DNA of 64,000 bases, from positions 96,001 through 160,000 of IMG/VR virus record IMGVR_UViG_3300046168_000070. One strand, given 5' to 3'. The translations under genes and the position numbers were made by a program. The notes under the pieces were generated by a model that was not told where the DNA came from, searched no databases, and saw only the letters and a program-made list of their open reading frames with translations. This document shows positions 7,900-15,875 of this stretch, piece by piece; position 1 is the stretch's first letter, and every line of letters starts with the position of its first letter. Source of the stretch: a virus.

Positions 7900-8005
7900 C
7901 ACCCCTCCCCCCTCCCCGCCTTGCTCGCATACTAACCCACCCCATTTTCCAAAAAAAACCACTAGCCACTTTCTGACAAAGTGGTGGGGGGTACTATTTT
8001 TCAAT
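7900..8005. other. C-rich/G-rich boundary with inverted repeat; candidate terminus/pac region
   Basis: C-tracts, then CCACTTT-ctgac-AAAGTGG (7966-7984), then TGGGGGGTAC; separates sigma70 early genes from GTGTAA late genes. Confidence 0.45.
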
Positions 8006-8083
8006 ATTTGCATTGTTTAAAATATTTTAAATTATTTGCTTGAATAAAAAAATAACCGACCCCTATTTGGTGTAAAGCAAAGT

Positions 8084-8278
8084 ATGAAAAAAGTTGAGTT
8101 TTATAATGTAAAAAAGAAGACTAAAGTTCAGATAGCCGCCGAACTAGTCAAAAAGAAAACTTATCAAATGGTTACTAAGGGAGGGAAGACATCTAAGCGT
8201 TATGCGCTTAAAGCCGTGGATGAAGATGGAACTAAATTAACAAAATTTTGCAGCAAAGCAGATTACGACAAACTTTAA
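8084..8278 (+). CDS. Small basic protein, possible nucleoid-associated (CC1-like) protein
   Basis: Lys-rich 64 aa; VEFYNVKKK..RYALKA..KLTKF. Confidence 0.6.
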   Translation: MKKVEFYNVKKKTKVQIAAELVKKKTYQMVTKGGKTSKRYALKAVDEDGTKLTKFCSKADYDKL

Positions 8279-8865
8279 TGTCTTTTTACGAACTTAGTGA
8301 TTTCCCTCAATTAACTGAGTTAGTCGAAAATTGGAAAACTATTAAAGAGGAATCTTCGCACCTCGACAATTATAACTTAAATATAAATAGAGTTAATAAA
8401 GATCATGAAGTTGTAGCTGAAGAAATATTAAAAAAAATTAAATTAAATAAAAAAAATGGATGGGTTGATGGGTGGAATAACAAAGGCGAGGTAAATAAAA
8501 GCTGGATTCAATATGGATTAATTATTCATGATAAAGAAGTACCGCACAGTAATATGCCAAAAACTATAAAGTTATTAAAAAAAATAAAAGGAATAAAAGT
8601 TGCGGCACTAAACATACTAAAAGGTGAATCAATATTAGGAACTCACACTCATCCAGAAATGGTTACAGAAAAATTGGCGCAAATGCACATCTCTCTTGAC
8701 GCGCCAGAGCCGATGCAATCATATCTTTGCGTTAATGGAGATTTTTTTGAACATAAAACTGGCAATTATGTAATATTTAACGGAGCCTATCCTCATTTTG
8801 CTATAAACGCAGGAAAAAAAGATAGAATAATTTTATATTTAGAGTTTAAAAAAAATAAATTATAA
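8278..8865 (+). CDS. Aspartyl/asparaginyl beta-hydroxylase-like 2OG-Fe(II) oxygenase (start revised to 8278)
   Basis: GTHTHPE; MHISL; IFNGAYPHFAINAGKKDRIILYLEF. Confidence 0.8.
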   Translation: MSFYELSDFPQLTELVENWKTIKEESSHLDNYNLNINRVNKDHEVVAEEILKKIKLNKKNGWVDGWNNKGEVNKSWIQYGLIIHDKEVPHSNMPKTIKLLKKIKGIKVAALNILKGESILGTHTHPEMVTEKLAQMHISLDAPEPMQSYLCVNGDFFEHKTGNYVIFNGAYPHFAINAGKKDRIILYLEFKKNKL

Positions 8866-8867
8866 TA

Positions 8868-9464
8868 TTATACAGAACCTGTGGGGAATGCTGCAGAAGA
8901 AACTCCAGCAACATCTGCACAACTTGTGACTTTAACAGTAAAGTCGTGAACATTTAATCCTGAGTCAGGTAAGTCAACATTTACTTGGAATACAAAATCA
9001 CCAGAACCAGTATTCAAGTCTAAAGCATGAGTTAAGTGAATTGATTTGTTTTTATAATAGTCTTCGGGTTCGCCGCTATGATAGATATGAAAATTTTGCA
9101 CTTTTTCCCAAGTTGGACTCACTCCAGCTCCTGTAAATGCTATATTTGCATCCCCAGAGAATACTCCGCTTCCAGTTGCCGACTGGTTTAAGTTGATATC
9201 CCAATCTAAAATATAATCACCAGAATACAAAGTTAAAGCGTCAACTGTATTCAGATCTCCTGTAGTCCCTTCGCCAGATCCACCTATGACAGAATCATCA
9301 TCGAAAATAGCCTGTCTAACTCCTAATAATTGACCTCCAAGATATTTTGGCTCAATTGACTTTGTTGCCATTGTGGTTCCGTCTCCAACAATTACAGGAA
9401 CTCTGGAGTAAGAATTAATGTCTGATCCTGACGCTGTTAAAAGTTCTGATATTTTAGTACCCAT
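8868..9464 (-). CDS. Short fibre/tip protein with N-terminal KISEL motif
   Basis: MGTKISELL..RVPVIV..TKSI N-terminus; beta-rich C-terminus. Confidence 0.6.
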   Translation of the reverse strand: MGTKISELLTASGSDINSYSRVPVIVGDGTTMATKSIEPKYLGGQLLGVRQAIFDDDSVIGGSGEGTTGDLNTVDALTLYSGDYILDWDINLNQSATGSGVFSGDANIAFTGAGVSPTWEKVQNFHIYHSGEPEDYYKNKSIHLTHALDLNTGSGDFVFQVNVDLPDSGLNVHDFTVKVTSCADVAGVSSAAFPTGSV

Positions 9465-9483
9465 AATATGGTTTACACTACTT

Positions 9484-10728
9484 TCAGCATATTTCTACCT
9501 CTAAAGTTTCTCCGCCCTCTGTGTTTATTTGAGTCCCATTTTCTCTAAGTAAGCTGCATAAGTCTATTTCAATTGATTCGCCGCAAGTTTCTATATCTAA
9601 ATATACTCCATCTTCAGTATAAATTGGAAATTCATCTTCTTGTAGTAAGCTACAGAAATCAGGACACAATTCAACATCTATCGTTTGATTATCTTCTGCA
9701 TTAAGGCTATCACCATTTTCTTGGGCTATAGAACATATATTAAAAACATTAACAGATCTAGATACTGTACTAAAACCTCCATCAAAATCAGTCACGCTAT
9801 AAACAACTGAATAATTATTTAATATAGATGTATCTACTGTATTTTCTATAGTTATTCTGTTTGTAATATCACCATCGTCTTTATCAAACGCAACTGCACC
9901 TGCATCAATATAAGTCGATCCTTGAGGTGCATTGACTATAGGGCTACCAAGCAAACTAATAACAGGAGGGTTATTAATAACAACTACAGTTCTACTTACA
10001 GATGATGTCAACCCACCAGAATCAGTTACCTGATAAGATACTTCATATACTCCGTTAACATTAGTATTCACGTTACTTGTTGTAATTATTGAGCTGGTTA
10101 AATCTCCGTCTTCAGGATCGTTTGCCGTTGCGCCTGCATCATTATAGGGCACTCCATTAAAATTTTGCACAAAACTGCTTCCAATAACCGTTATGGTCGG
10201 CGGCTCATTCCATTCCACATTGACCGTTACTTCCATACTTTCCCTTCCAGCGTAATTATCAGCAAAAACAGTAAACGCTATTTCAATATCATCTCCAGCA
10301 CTATAACCTAAATCACCTAAATTAATAGTACCTTGCAATAATCCTGTATTAGAATTAAATGTAAGACCAGCAGGATAATTAATAGCAATATATAAAAATG
10401 GATAATTAATATCACCAATCATATTATCAGCTACAATTTGATAAGAAAAATTAAATTCTCTACTATTAGTTTCAATATTAATAATTGAATCAGATGTTAT
10501 GTTAGGAGGTGTTGCTTTAACTATTCCTCTAAATTCAGAAAACCGATAGGTTTTGAAGGTACTTCCCTCAGGAGCCAGTAACCCAATAGATGTACCTTGA
10601 TCGTTAAGTTCATTCGGCATCTTATATGGCGCGCTCCATCCAGCAATACTGGATGTACTAACTTTTTTAGAATTATTTTCTAAAAAACCACTAATTTCAG
10701 AAAACTTTATTTCCCCTTGGTCAAACAT
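9484..10728 (-). CDS. Adhesin-like virion protein: FSEF-type N-terminus, Ig-like (He_PIG-like) domain, two DUF5011/HYR-like domains, acidic LLxEDG repeats
   Basis: GEIKFSEIS..RFSEFRG; PAGLTFNSNTGLLQGT; PPTIT..YNDAGATANDPEDGDLT..Y.V.Y.VTD twice. Confidence 0.75.
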   Translation of the reverse strand: MFDQGEIKFSEISGFLENNSKKVSTSSIAGWSAPYKMPNELNDQGTSIGLLAPEGSTFKTYRFSEFRGIVKATPPNITSDSIINIETNSREFNFSYQIVADNMIGDINYPFLYIAINYPAGLTFNSNTGLLQGTINLGDLGYSAGDDIEIAFTVFADNYAGRESMEVTVNVEWNEPPTITVIGSSFVQNFNGVPYNDAGATANDPEDGDLTSSIITTSNVNTNVNGVYEVSYQVTDSGGLTSSVSRTVVVINNPPVISLLGSPIVNAPQGSTYIDAGAVAFDKDDGDITNRITIENTVDTSILNNYSVVYSVTDFDGGFSTVSRSVNVFNICSIAQENGDSLNAEDNQTIDVELCPDFCSLLQEDEFPIYTEDGVYLDIETCGESIEIDLCSLLRENGTQINTEGGETLEVEIC

Positions 10729-10895
10729 GGGAATTCTTTTTCTATTATTTTAATTAATGGCTTAAGGTTCCCAGATTTTATGTAGTCTGCAGGATAAGCT
10801 CCTTTTAACTTCTTATTTGGTTCTCCTAACCACATAGCCGCATCACGCGGACCTAAGTGCTCGCATAATCTTTGGAAAATTTGAAATTTATTCAT
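10707..10895 (-). CDS. Stand-alone MbcA/ParS/Xre-type antitoxin toxin-binding domain (DUF2384-like)
   Basis: AAMWLGEPNKKLKGAYPADYIKSG matches A..WL..PN..L.G..P pattern. Confidence 0.6.
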   Translation of the reverse strand: MNKFQIFQRLCEHLGPRDAAMWLGEPNKKLKGAYPADYIKSGNLKPLIKIIEKEFPCLTKGK

Positions 10896-10934
10896 TATAA
10901 TTAATTACACTAGTGTAAAATATATTTAAATAAC

Positions 10935-11663
10935 ATGCCACGTAAAAAAACTACGAAAAAAGAAGAGGCGTTTAAAATACCTCAATTAGCTAGCCCAGGT
11001 TTTAAGGTTGAGAATAAAAAATTAACTGAAAGACAAAAGGAGTTTCTATCTCTTTCTTTAGATCAAGATACGCGCATAATGTTTATATGCGGACCAGCAG
11101 GCAGCTCAAAAACTTATATGGCTGTCTATTCCGCATTAAGGCATTTAAGCAATAATAATGATTATGATTTAATGTATATTAGAACTGTAATTGAAAGTGC
11201 TGATAAAGGGCTTGGCGCTTTGCCAGGCGATATTGCAGATAAATTTAATCCATATATAGCTCCCTTAAAAGACAAATTAGATGAAATGTTACCAGCTAAA
11301 AATACAGCTCCCTCGGTGATGAAAGAACTAATGGATGAAAGGGTAGATGCGTTGCCCATTAATTTCCTTAGAGGCGCTAATTGGATAGACAAAATAGTTG
11401 TGGCTGATGAAGCGCAGAACTTTACATTTAAAGAGCTGACTACTCTAGTAACTAGACTCGGTAAAAATAGTAAATTATTTATATGTGGAGATTTTATGCA
11501 GAGCGACATTAATGGAAAAAGCGGATTCGGACCGATGTACGATTTATTTAATGACGAAGACAGTAAATTGAAAGGCATTCACTGCTTTCGATTTACAAAA
11601 GATGACATCATGCGAGATGAATTGCTTAAATTTATAATTGGAAAACTTGAAAATAAAAAATAA
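10935..11663 (+). CDS. phoH: PhoH-family ATPase
   Basis: GPAGSSKT Walker A; GALPGD; FLRGA; VADEAQN; ICGDFMQSD. Confidence 0.92.
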   Translation: MPRKKTTKKEEAFKIPQLASPGFKVENKKLTERQKEFLSLSLDQDTRIMFICGPAGSSKTYMAVYSALRHLSNNNDYDLMYIRTVIESADKGLGALPGDIADKFNPYIAPLKDKLDEMLPAKNTAPSVMKELMDERVDALPINFLRGANWIDKIVVADEAQNFTFKELTTLVTRLGKNSKLFICGDFMQSDINGKSGFGPMYDLFNDEDSKLKGIHCFRFTKDDIMRDELLKFIIGKLENKK

Positions 11664-11684
11664 TTGTGTATATCTTTGTATACG

Positions 11685-12251
11685 ATGGAACTTATCTCAG
11701 CAATTATAGGAGCGGTAACTACCCTGGCGGGTATTTATCTCACGCATAGATTAAAATCAAAAAAAGATCCCCTGCCTAAGGATATAAATCGCAACGATAA
11801 TATTTATACTGCTCTTTCATACCTTATTGCCGAGACAGATTCTGATAGATGCTACGTCTATGAATTTCATAATGGAGACTATTATTATAGTGGCAATTCG
11901 CAACAAAAATTTAGTAACACATATGAGATCGTTGAAGAAGGAATAAGTTGCGAAGCGTCTGCAGAGCAGAATTTAAGAGTTTCGAATTATAACTTTTTTA
12001 TTAAAGAATTAATTGAAGAGGGTGGTATATGTTACTCTAACACAGAAAAAATACCAGACCCTTTATTCAAGGAAAAAATGCATAATAAGGGTATTAAAAG
12101 TATATCTTGCGTTCCAATTAAGTTATTGAATGGTAAGATTATAGGAATTTTGGGAATTGATTATGTAAAACATACTGTAGATTGCGATCAAGACATGTTC
12201 GAATTACTTAAGAATCAGGCTCGAATTATCAGCGGCTATCTTGGAGATTAG
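11685..12251 (+). CDS. N-terminal TM helix plus GAF-like domain; holin candidate
   Basis: LISAIIGAVTTLAGIYL TM; DRCYVYEFHNG; GIKSISCVPI..GKIIGILGIDY. Confidence 0.6.
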   Translation: MELISAIIGAVTTLAGIYLTHRLKSKKDPLPKDINRNDNIYTALSYLIAETDSDRCYVYEFHNGDYYYSGNSQQKFSNTYEIVEEGISCEASAEQNLRVSNYNFFIKELIEEGGICYSNTEKIPDPLFKEKMHNKGIKSISCVPIKLLNGKIIGILGIDYVKHTVDCDQDMFELLKNQARIISGYLGD

Positions 12252-12284
12252 TTGAATTTTATTTAATTAATTATATAATTAACT

Positions 12285-12629
12285 ATGAATATAGTTTATT
12301 GCACTAACTGTGGTCACAAAATAGAATACACATCTCCTTCTCCTAAATTTTGCCCTTCATGCGGTAGCAGCATGGATGGATCAAAAGCTTCTGTAGACAA
12401 CTCTCAAGTTGATGATATTGTTGTAGAAAAAATTCCATCTATATCTAAATTAGAGTACGAAATAGATGCGAGCAATGGTAATAGAGTTATTTCTGGAGGT
12501 GATTTAAAAAATATCTCCGAATCCCCTAAAAGAAAGGTTTCTAAGTCAAGTAATGATAGCGAAGATCTTATCAAAGAAGGTATGCAGTTATGCAGGAAAA
12601 GCAAAAAGCAGACCGATATTGATGACTAG
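12285..12629 (+). CDS. Zinc-ribbon protein
   Basis: CTNCG..KFCPSCG. Confidence 0.75.
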   Translation: MNIVYCTNCGHKIEYTSPSPKFCPSCGSSMDGSKASVDNSQVDDIVVEKIPSISKLEYEIDASNGNRVISGGDLKNISESPKRKVSKSSNDSEDLIKEGMQLCRKSKKQTDIDD

Positions 12630-13338
12630 GAAGGAAAAATTAAGCTACGAAGACTGTGTTGATGTAATTGATAATGAATTGCGTAAACGAAAGCACAAAT
12701 GGCGCCTCCACGCTCTCGCATGGATGGATTACGATGATGTCCAACAAATAATTCGTGCTCATATTTACAAAAAATGGGATCAATGGGACCAGAAAAGAAG
12801 TTTAGCTCCTTGGATAAATAAAATAATATCCAATCAAATTAAGAATATATTCAGGAATTATTATACTAACTTTGCTAGACCTTGTTTAAACTGCCCATTC
12901 GCTCAATCTTCGGCTAGTGAACATGAAGAGGGCCACACTGGCTTATGTGGATTCACTCCAAGCGGGGTTCAATGTTCAGAGTGTCCATTATATTCTAAAT
13001 GGGAGAAAACGAAAAAAAGTGCTCATGATATAAAAATGCCATTAGCTTTAGAGCATCATCCTCAGGAAGTATATAATATATCAGAGGAATTAACTGATAT
13101 TTCCGAAGCAGAAAGAAAATTGCACACATTAATGGAGTTTAAGTTATCTGATAAACATTATGCAATTTATAAAATGATATATGTTGAACATCTACCAGAA
13201 GAAGAGGTTGCTAAAAAGATGGGTTATAAAAGTAATGAAAAGGGCAGAAAGGCTGGATACAAGCAATTAAAAAACCTAAAGAAAATATTCATTGAGAAAG
13301 CAAAAGAAGTTATTGATAGAAAGGATATTATTTTATGA
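12622..13338 (+). CDS. Phage RNA polymerase sigma factor (sigma70/ECF-like) with Cys-rich insert (start revised to 12622)
   Basis: Region 2-like DYDDVQQII..KKWDQWD..SLAPWINKIISNQIKN; region 4-like LSDKHYAIYKMIYVEHLPEEEVAKKMG. Confidence 0.75.
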   Translation: MTRKEKLSYEDCVDVIDNELRKRKHKWRLHALAWMDYDDVQQIIRAHIYKKWDQWDQKRSLAPWINKIISNQIKNIFRNYYTNFARPCLNCPFAQSSASEHEEGHTGLCGFTPSGVQCSECPLYSKWEKTKKSAHDIKMPLALEHHPQEVYNISEELTDISEAERKLHTLMEFKLSDKHYAIYKMIYVEHLPEEEVAKKMGYKSNEKGRKAGYKQLKNLKKIFIEKAKEVIDRKDIIL

Positions 13339-14396
13339 GCAAAATAGAATTAACGGAAACTCAAAAAACCTACCTAAGGGAAAATCACAAAAAAATTCCA
13401 GATTTAATAAAACTCACTCAAAATACTTTTTTAGACGATACTCTAGATGGAAGATCAAAAGAAGGTAGAGCTGTTAAAGACTTCTTGGTTGAAGAGAGTT
13501 TAGATTACAATACAACAAAAAAAGAGAAAAAAGGGCCAATAGAACTCGCTGATGAACAAAAAGATGAGATTCTAGACTTAGCAGAAGACGGCTTAAACTC
13601 TTTCCAAATTGCTCAAATCATATTCCCCGATGAAGAGGTAAAAAAGCTATCTACGGAGCAGCGAACGGTTATGGCTTATATTAAAGATGTAGCGCCAGAC
13701 TTGCTGCAAAAAGATGAAAAACCAAGAGTGCGCGAGAAGTATCAGCCACCAGACAGTTTTAACGATGTAATTAACTTAATATCAAATTATACTGGTGACG
13801 AATTGAATCCTGACGAAATAGGCTTAGTAGAGAAAAAATCAGCAGAAAAAATGTTACTATTTCTATCTGCGCCAAGATTTTTAAATACAATAAATAATTA
13901 TAGAGATAAAGATGATAGAGACTTATTCGAAGCTGAATTTGTAAGAGCTACCTGGGGAAAACCTGATTTAACTAGCGATGAAATTAATTTATATATTAAT
14001 GTTTGCATCGATTACATTAACCTGAGAAATGTAAGTAGAAATATTGAGAAATTAAATAGAATGTTTAATGATGCTGATTCACAACAAGAGATGACTGTAA
14101 GGCTAGCCGAGCTACTTAAGACAAAAAGTGAAGAGTACGATAAGTGTGAGAAAAGAATGGAATCTCTAATCAAAAAATTAAATGGTGATCGAGCTAAAAG
14201 GCTAGAGAATCGCCAATCTCAAAATGCATCAATATTATCATTAGTTGAAACTTTCCAAAATGAAAAAGAGCGAGCTGTGATGGTAAGAATGGCTGAAATG
14301 CAAAAAAAGTTAGTGAAAGAGGAAGCAGATCGCATGGAATCTATGGACTCCTGGAAAGCAAGAATATTAGGATTATCTAAAGACGATGCAGTATAA
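13335..14396 (+). CDS. Hypothetical protein with HTH-like segments and coiled coil; terminase small subunit candidate
   Basis: Two similar helical N-terminal segments (IELTETQK / IELADEQK..GLNSFQIAQIIF); upstream of terL. Confidence 0.45.
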   Translation: MSKIELTETQKTYLRENHKKIPDLIKLTQNTFLDDTLDGRSKEGRAVKDFLVEESLDYNTTKKEKKGPIELADEQKDEILDLAEDGLNSFQIAQIIFPDEEVKKLSTEQRTVMAYIKDVAPDLLQKDEKPRVREKYQPPDSFNDVINLISNYTGDELNPDEIGLVEKKSAEKMLLFLSAPRFLNTINNYRDKDDRDLFEAEFVRATWGKPDLTSDEINLYINVCIDYINLRNVSRNIEKLNRMFNDADSQQEMTVRLAELLKTKSEEYDKCEKRMESLIKKLNGDRAKRLENRQSQNASILSLVETFQNEKERAVMVRMAEMQKKLVKEEADRMESMDSWKARILGLSKDDAV

Positions 14397-14961
14397 GTAT
14401 ATCCAGCCCCAAAGGCTCCTGAATATCTATGATGAGATATTCACAGCTGAGTCAGTCCTCACAAAAGAAGCATGTAATTTATTAATTAATTCATTTTCTG
14501 AGCAATGTAAATCTGCAACTGTCGCTGGAGTTAACGATGGTCAAAGAAATAATCTAAATACTGTCGCAATATCATCGCACCCTGTAGTTTCAGAAATTAA
14601 AAAATATTGTAGTCAAATTACAAAAACTAACATTTTATTTCAAGAAGAAGCGCAATTCATTAAATATGAGCCATCAATGTACTATGAAGAACATTATGAT
14701 TTTTTTGAAAACCCATATGCTATGTTACCAAGTCAGTTTGGAAAGCAAAGATGGTATAGTATACTATTTTACCTCAACAGTGGAAAAAAAGGTGGAGAAA
14801 CTAGATTTCCTAAATTCAAGATGTCTTTTAAGCCTGAGGCGGGCAAAATGTTGATGTGGAAAAATTTAAAAAATAATCAGCCCAATTATGACATGCTACA
14901 TGAGTCTAAACCTACAGATAGCTGGACAAAATATGCGTTAATATTATGGATCAGAATGTAG
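14386..14961 (+). CDS. Prolyl-4-hydroxylase-like 2OG-Fe(II) oxygenase
   Basis: YEEHYD; ILFYLNS..GGETRF; FKPEAG..LMW; LHESKP; KYAL..WIR. Confidence 0.85.
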   Translation: MQYKYIQPQRLLNIYDEIFTAESVLTKEACNLLINSFSEQCKSATVAGVNDGQRNNLNTVAISSHPVVSEIKKYCSQITKTNILFQEEAQFIKYEPSMYYEEHYDFFENPYAMLPSQFGKQRWYSILFYLNSGKKGGETRFPKFKMSFKPEAGKMLMWKNLKNNQPNYDMLHESKPTDSWTKYALILWIRM

Positions 14962-15875
14962 AACATATATGCAAGGTTTGTAAAAAATCCTTTAAGTCTG
15001 AAAGAGCACTTCATATACATATTAAGTCTCATAACATTTTATTGAGCGAATACTATACGACTTATTATCCAATGAAGAATTGGTATAATGGTGAGCCGTT
15101 ACCTTTTAAAAACAAAAAAGATTATTTTCGCAAAAGATTTTCAACCAGATGGCAAATGGTGCAATGGCTTATAAAAAACAAAGATAATAAACTCGCTAAA
15201 CATTATGCAGTTAGCGAGCTCAAAAATAGAATAGATGAGAAAAACCTCTTAAAGGCCCCTAGCCATATAGAATTGCAGATATATGACTTACCACCTATAG
15301 ATAGCTATAAAATGCTTTTTGGGTCATATACAGAGGCTTCTAAGCTTACAGGGGTTGAGCCAATATTTACCAAAAGAATATGTAAAGAGTTTTACGCTGA
15401 TAAATACAAAGATACGCCAATATTTATAGATACTCGAGAACAACAGCCATTATCATTTCCCAACTCTAAAACAATGAAATTAGATTTTGGAGATTATACT
15501 TCATCTGGCGATTATTACTCATATACTTATGTTGACCGAAAAGGAGAGCAAGATTTTAAATCAACAATGTCTACAGGTTTTGAGCGATTTAAAAAAGAAT
15601 TAGATAGGTGTAGAAACATGGGGTGCTATTTATATGTGGTTACCGAAAGCGATATAGAAAAAATAAAAAAGAGAAACAATTTTTCCAAACACCGATCTAA
15701 CTTAAATTACATATGGCACAATATGAGAGTATTATCTCATGAATACGCGGGATGCTGCCAATTTATCTTCACGGGAAATCGAGAAAAATCTGTAGAAATT
15801 ATTCCAAAATTATTAGTTCTTGGAGATGCTTTATGGAGCACGGACATTCAATATTATCTAGACAAACAAAAATGA
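14946..15875 (+). CDS. C2H2 zinc finger plus ERCC4-type nuclease
   Basis: CKVC..LHIHIKSH; IFIDTREQQP..LDFGDY..VDRK. Confidence 0.8.
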   Translation: MDQNVEHICKVCKKSFKSERALHIHIKSHNILLSEYYTTYYPMKNWYNGEPLPFKNKKDYFRKRFSTRWQMVQWLIKNKDNKLAKHYAVSELKNRIDEKNLLKAPSHIELQIYDLPPIDSYKMLFGSYTEASKLTGVEPIFTKRICKEFYADKYKDTPIFIDTREQQPLSFPNSKTMKLDFGDYTSSGDYYSYTYVDRKGEQDFKSTMSTGFERFKKELDRCRNMGCYLYVVTESDIEKIKKRNNFSKHRSNLNYIWHNMRVLSHEYAGCCQFIFTGNREKSVEIIPKLLVLGDALWSTDIQYYLDKQK

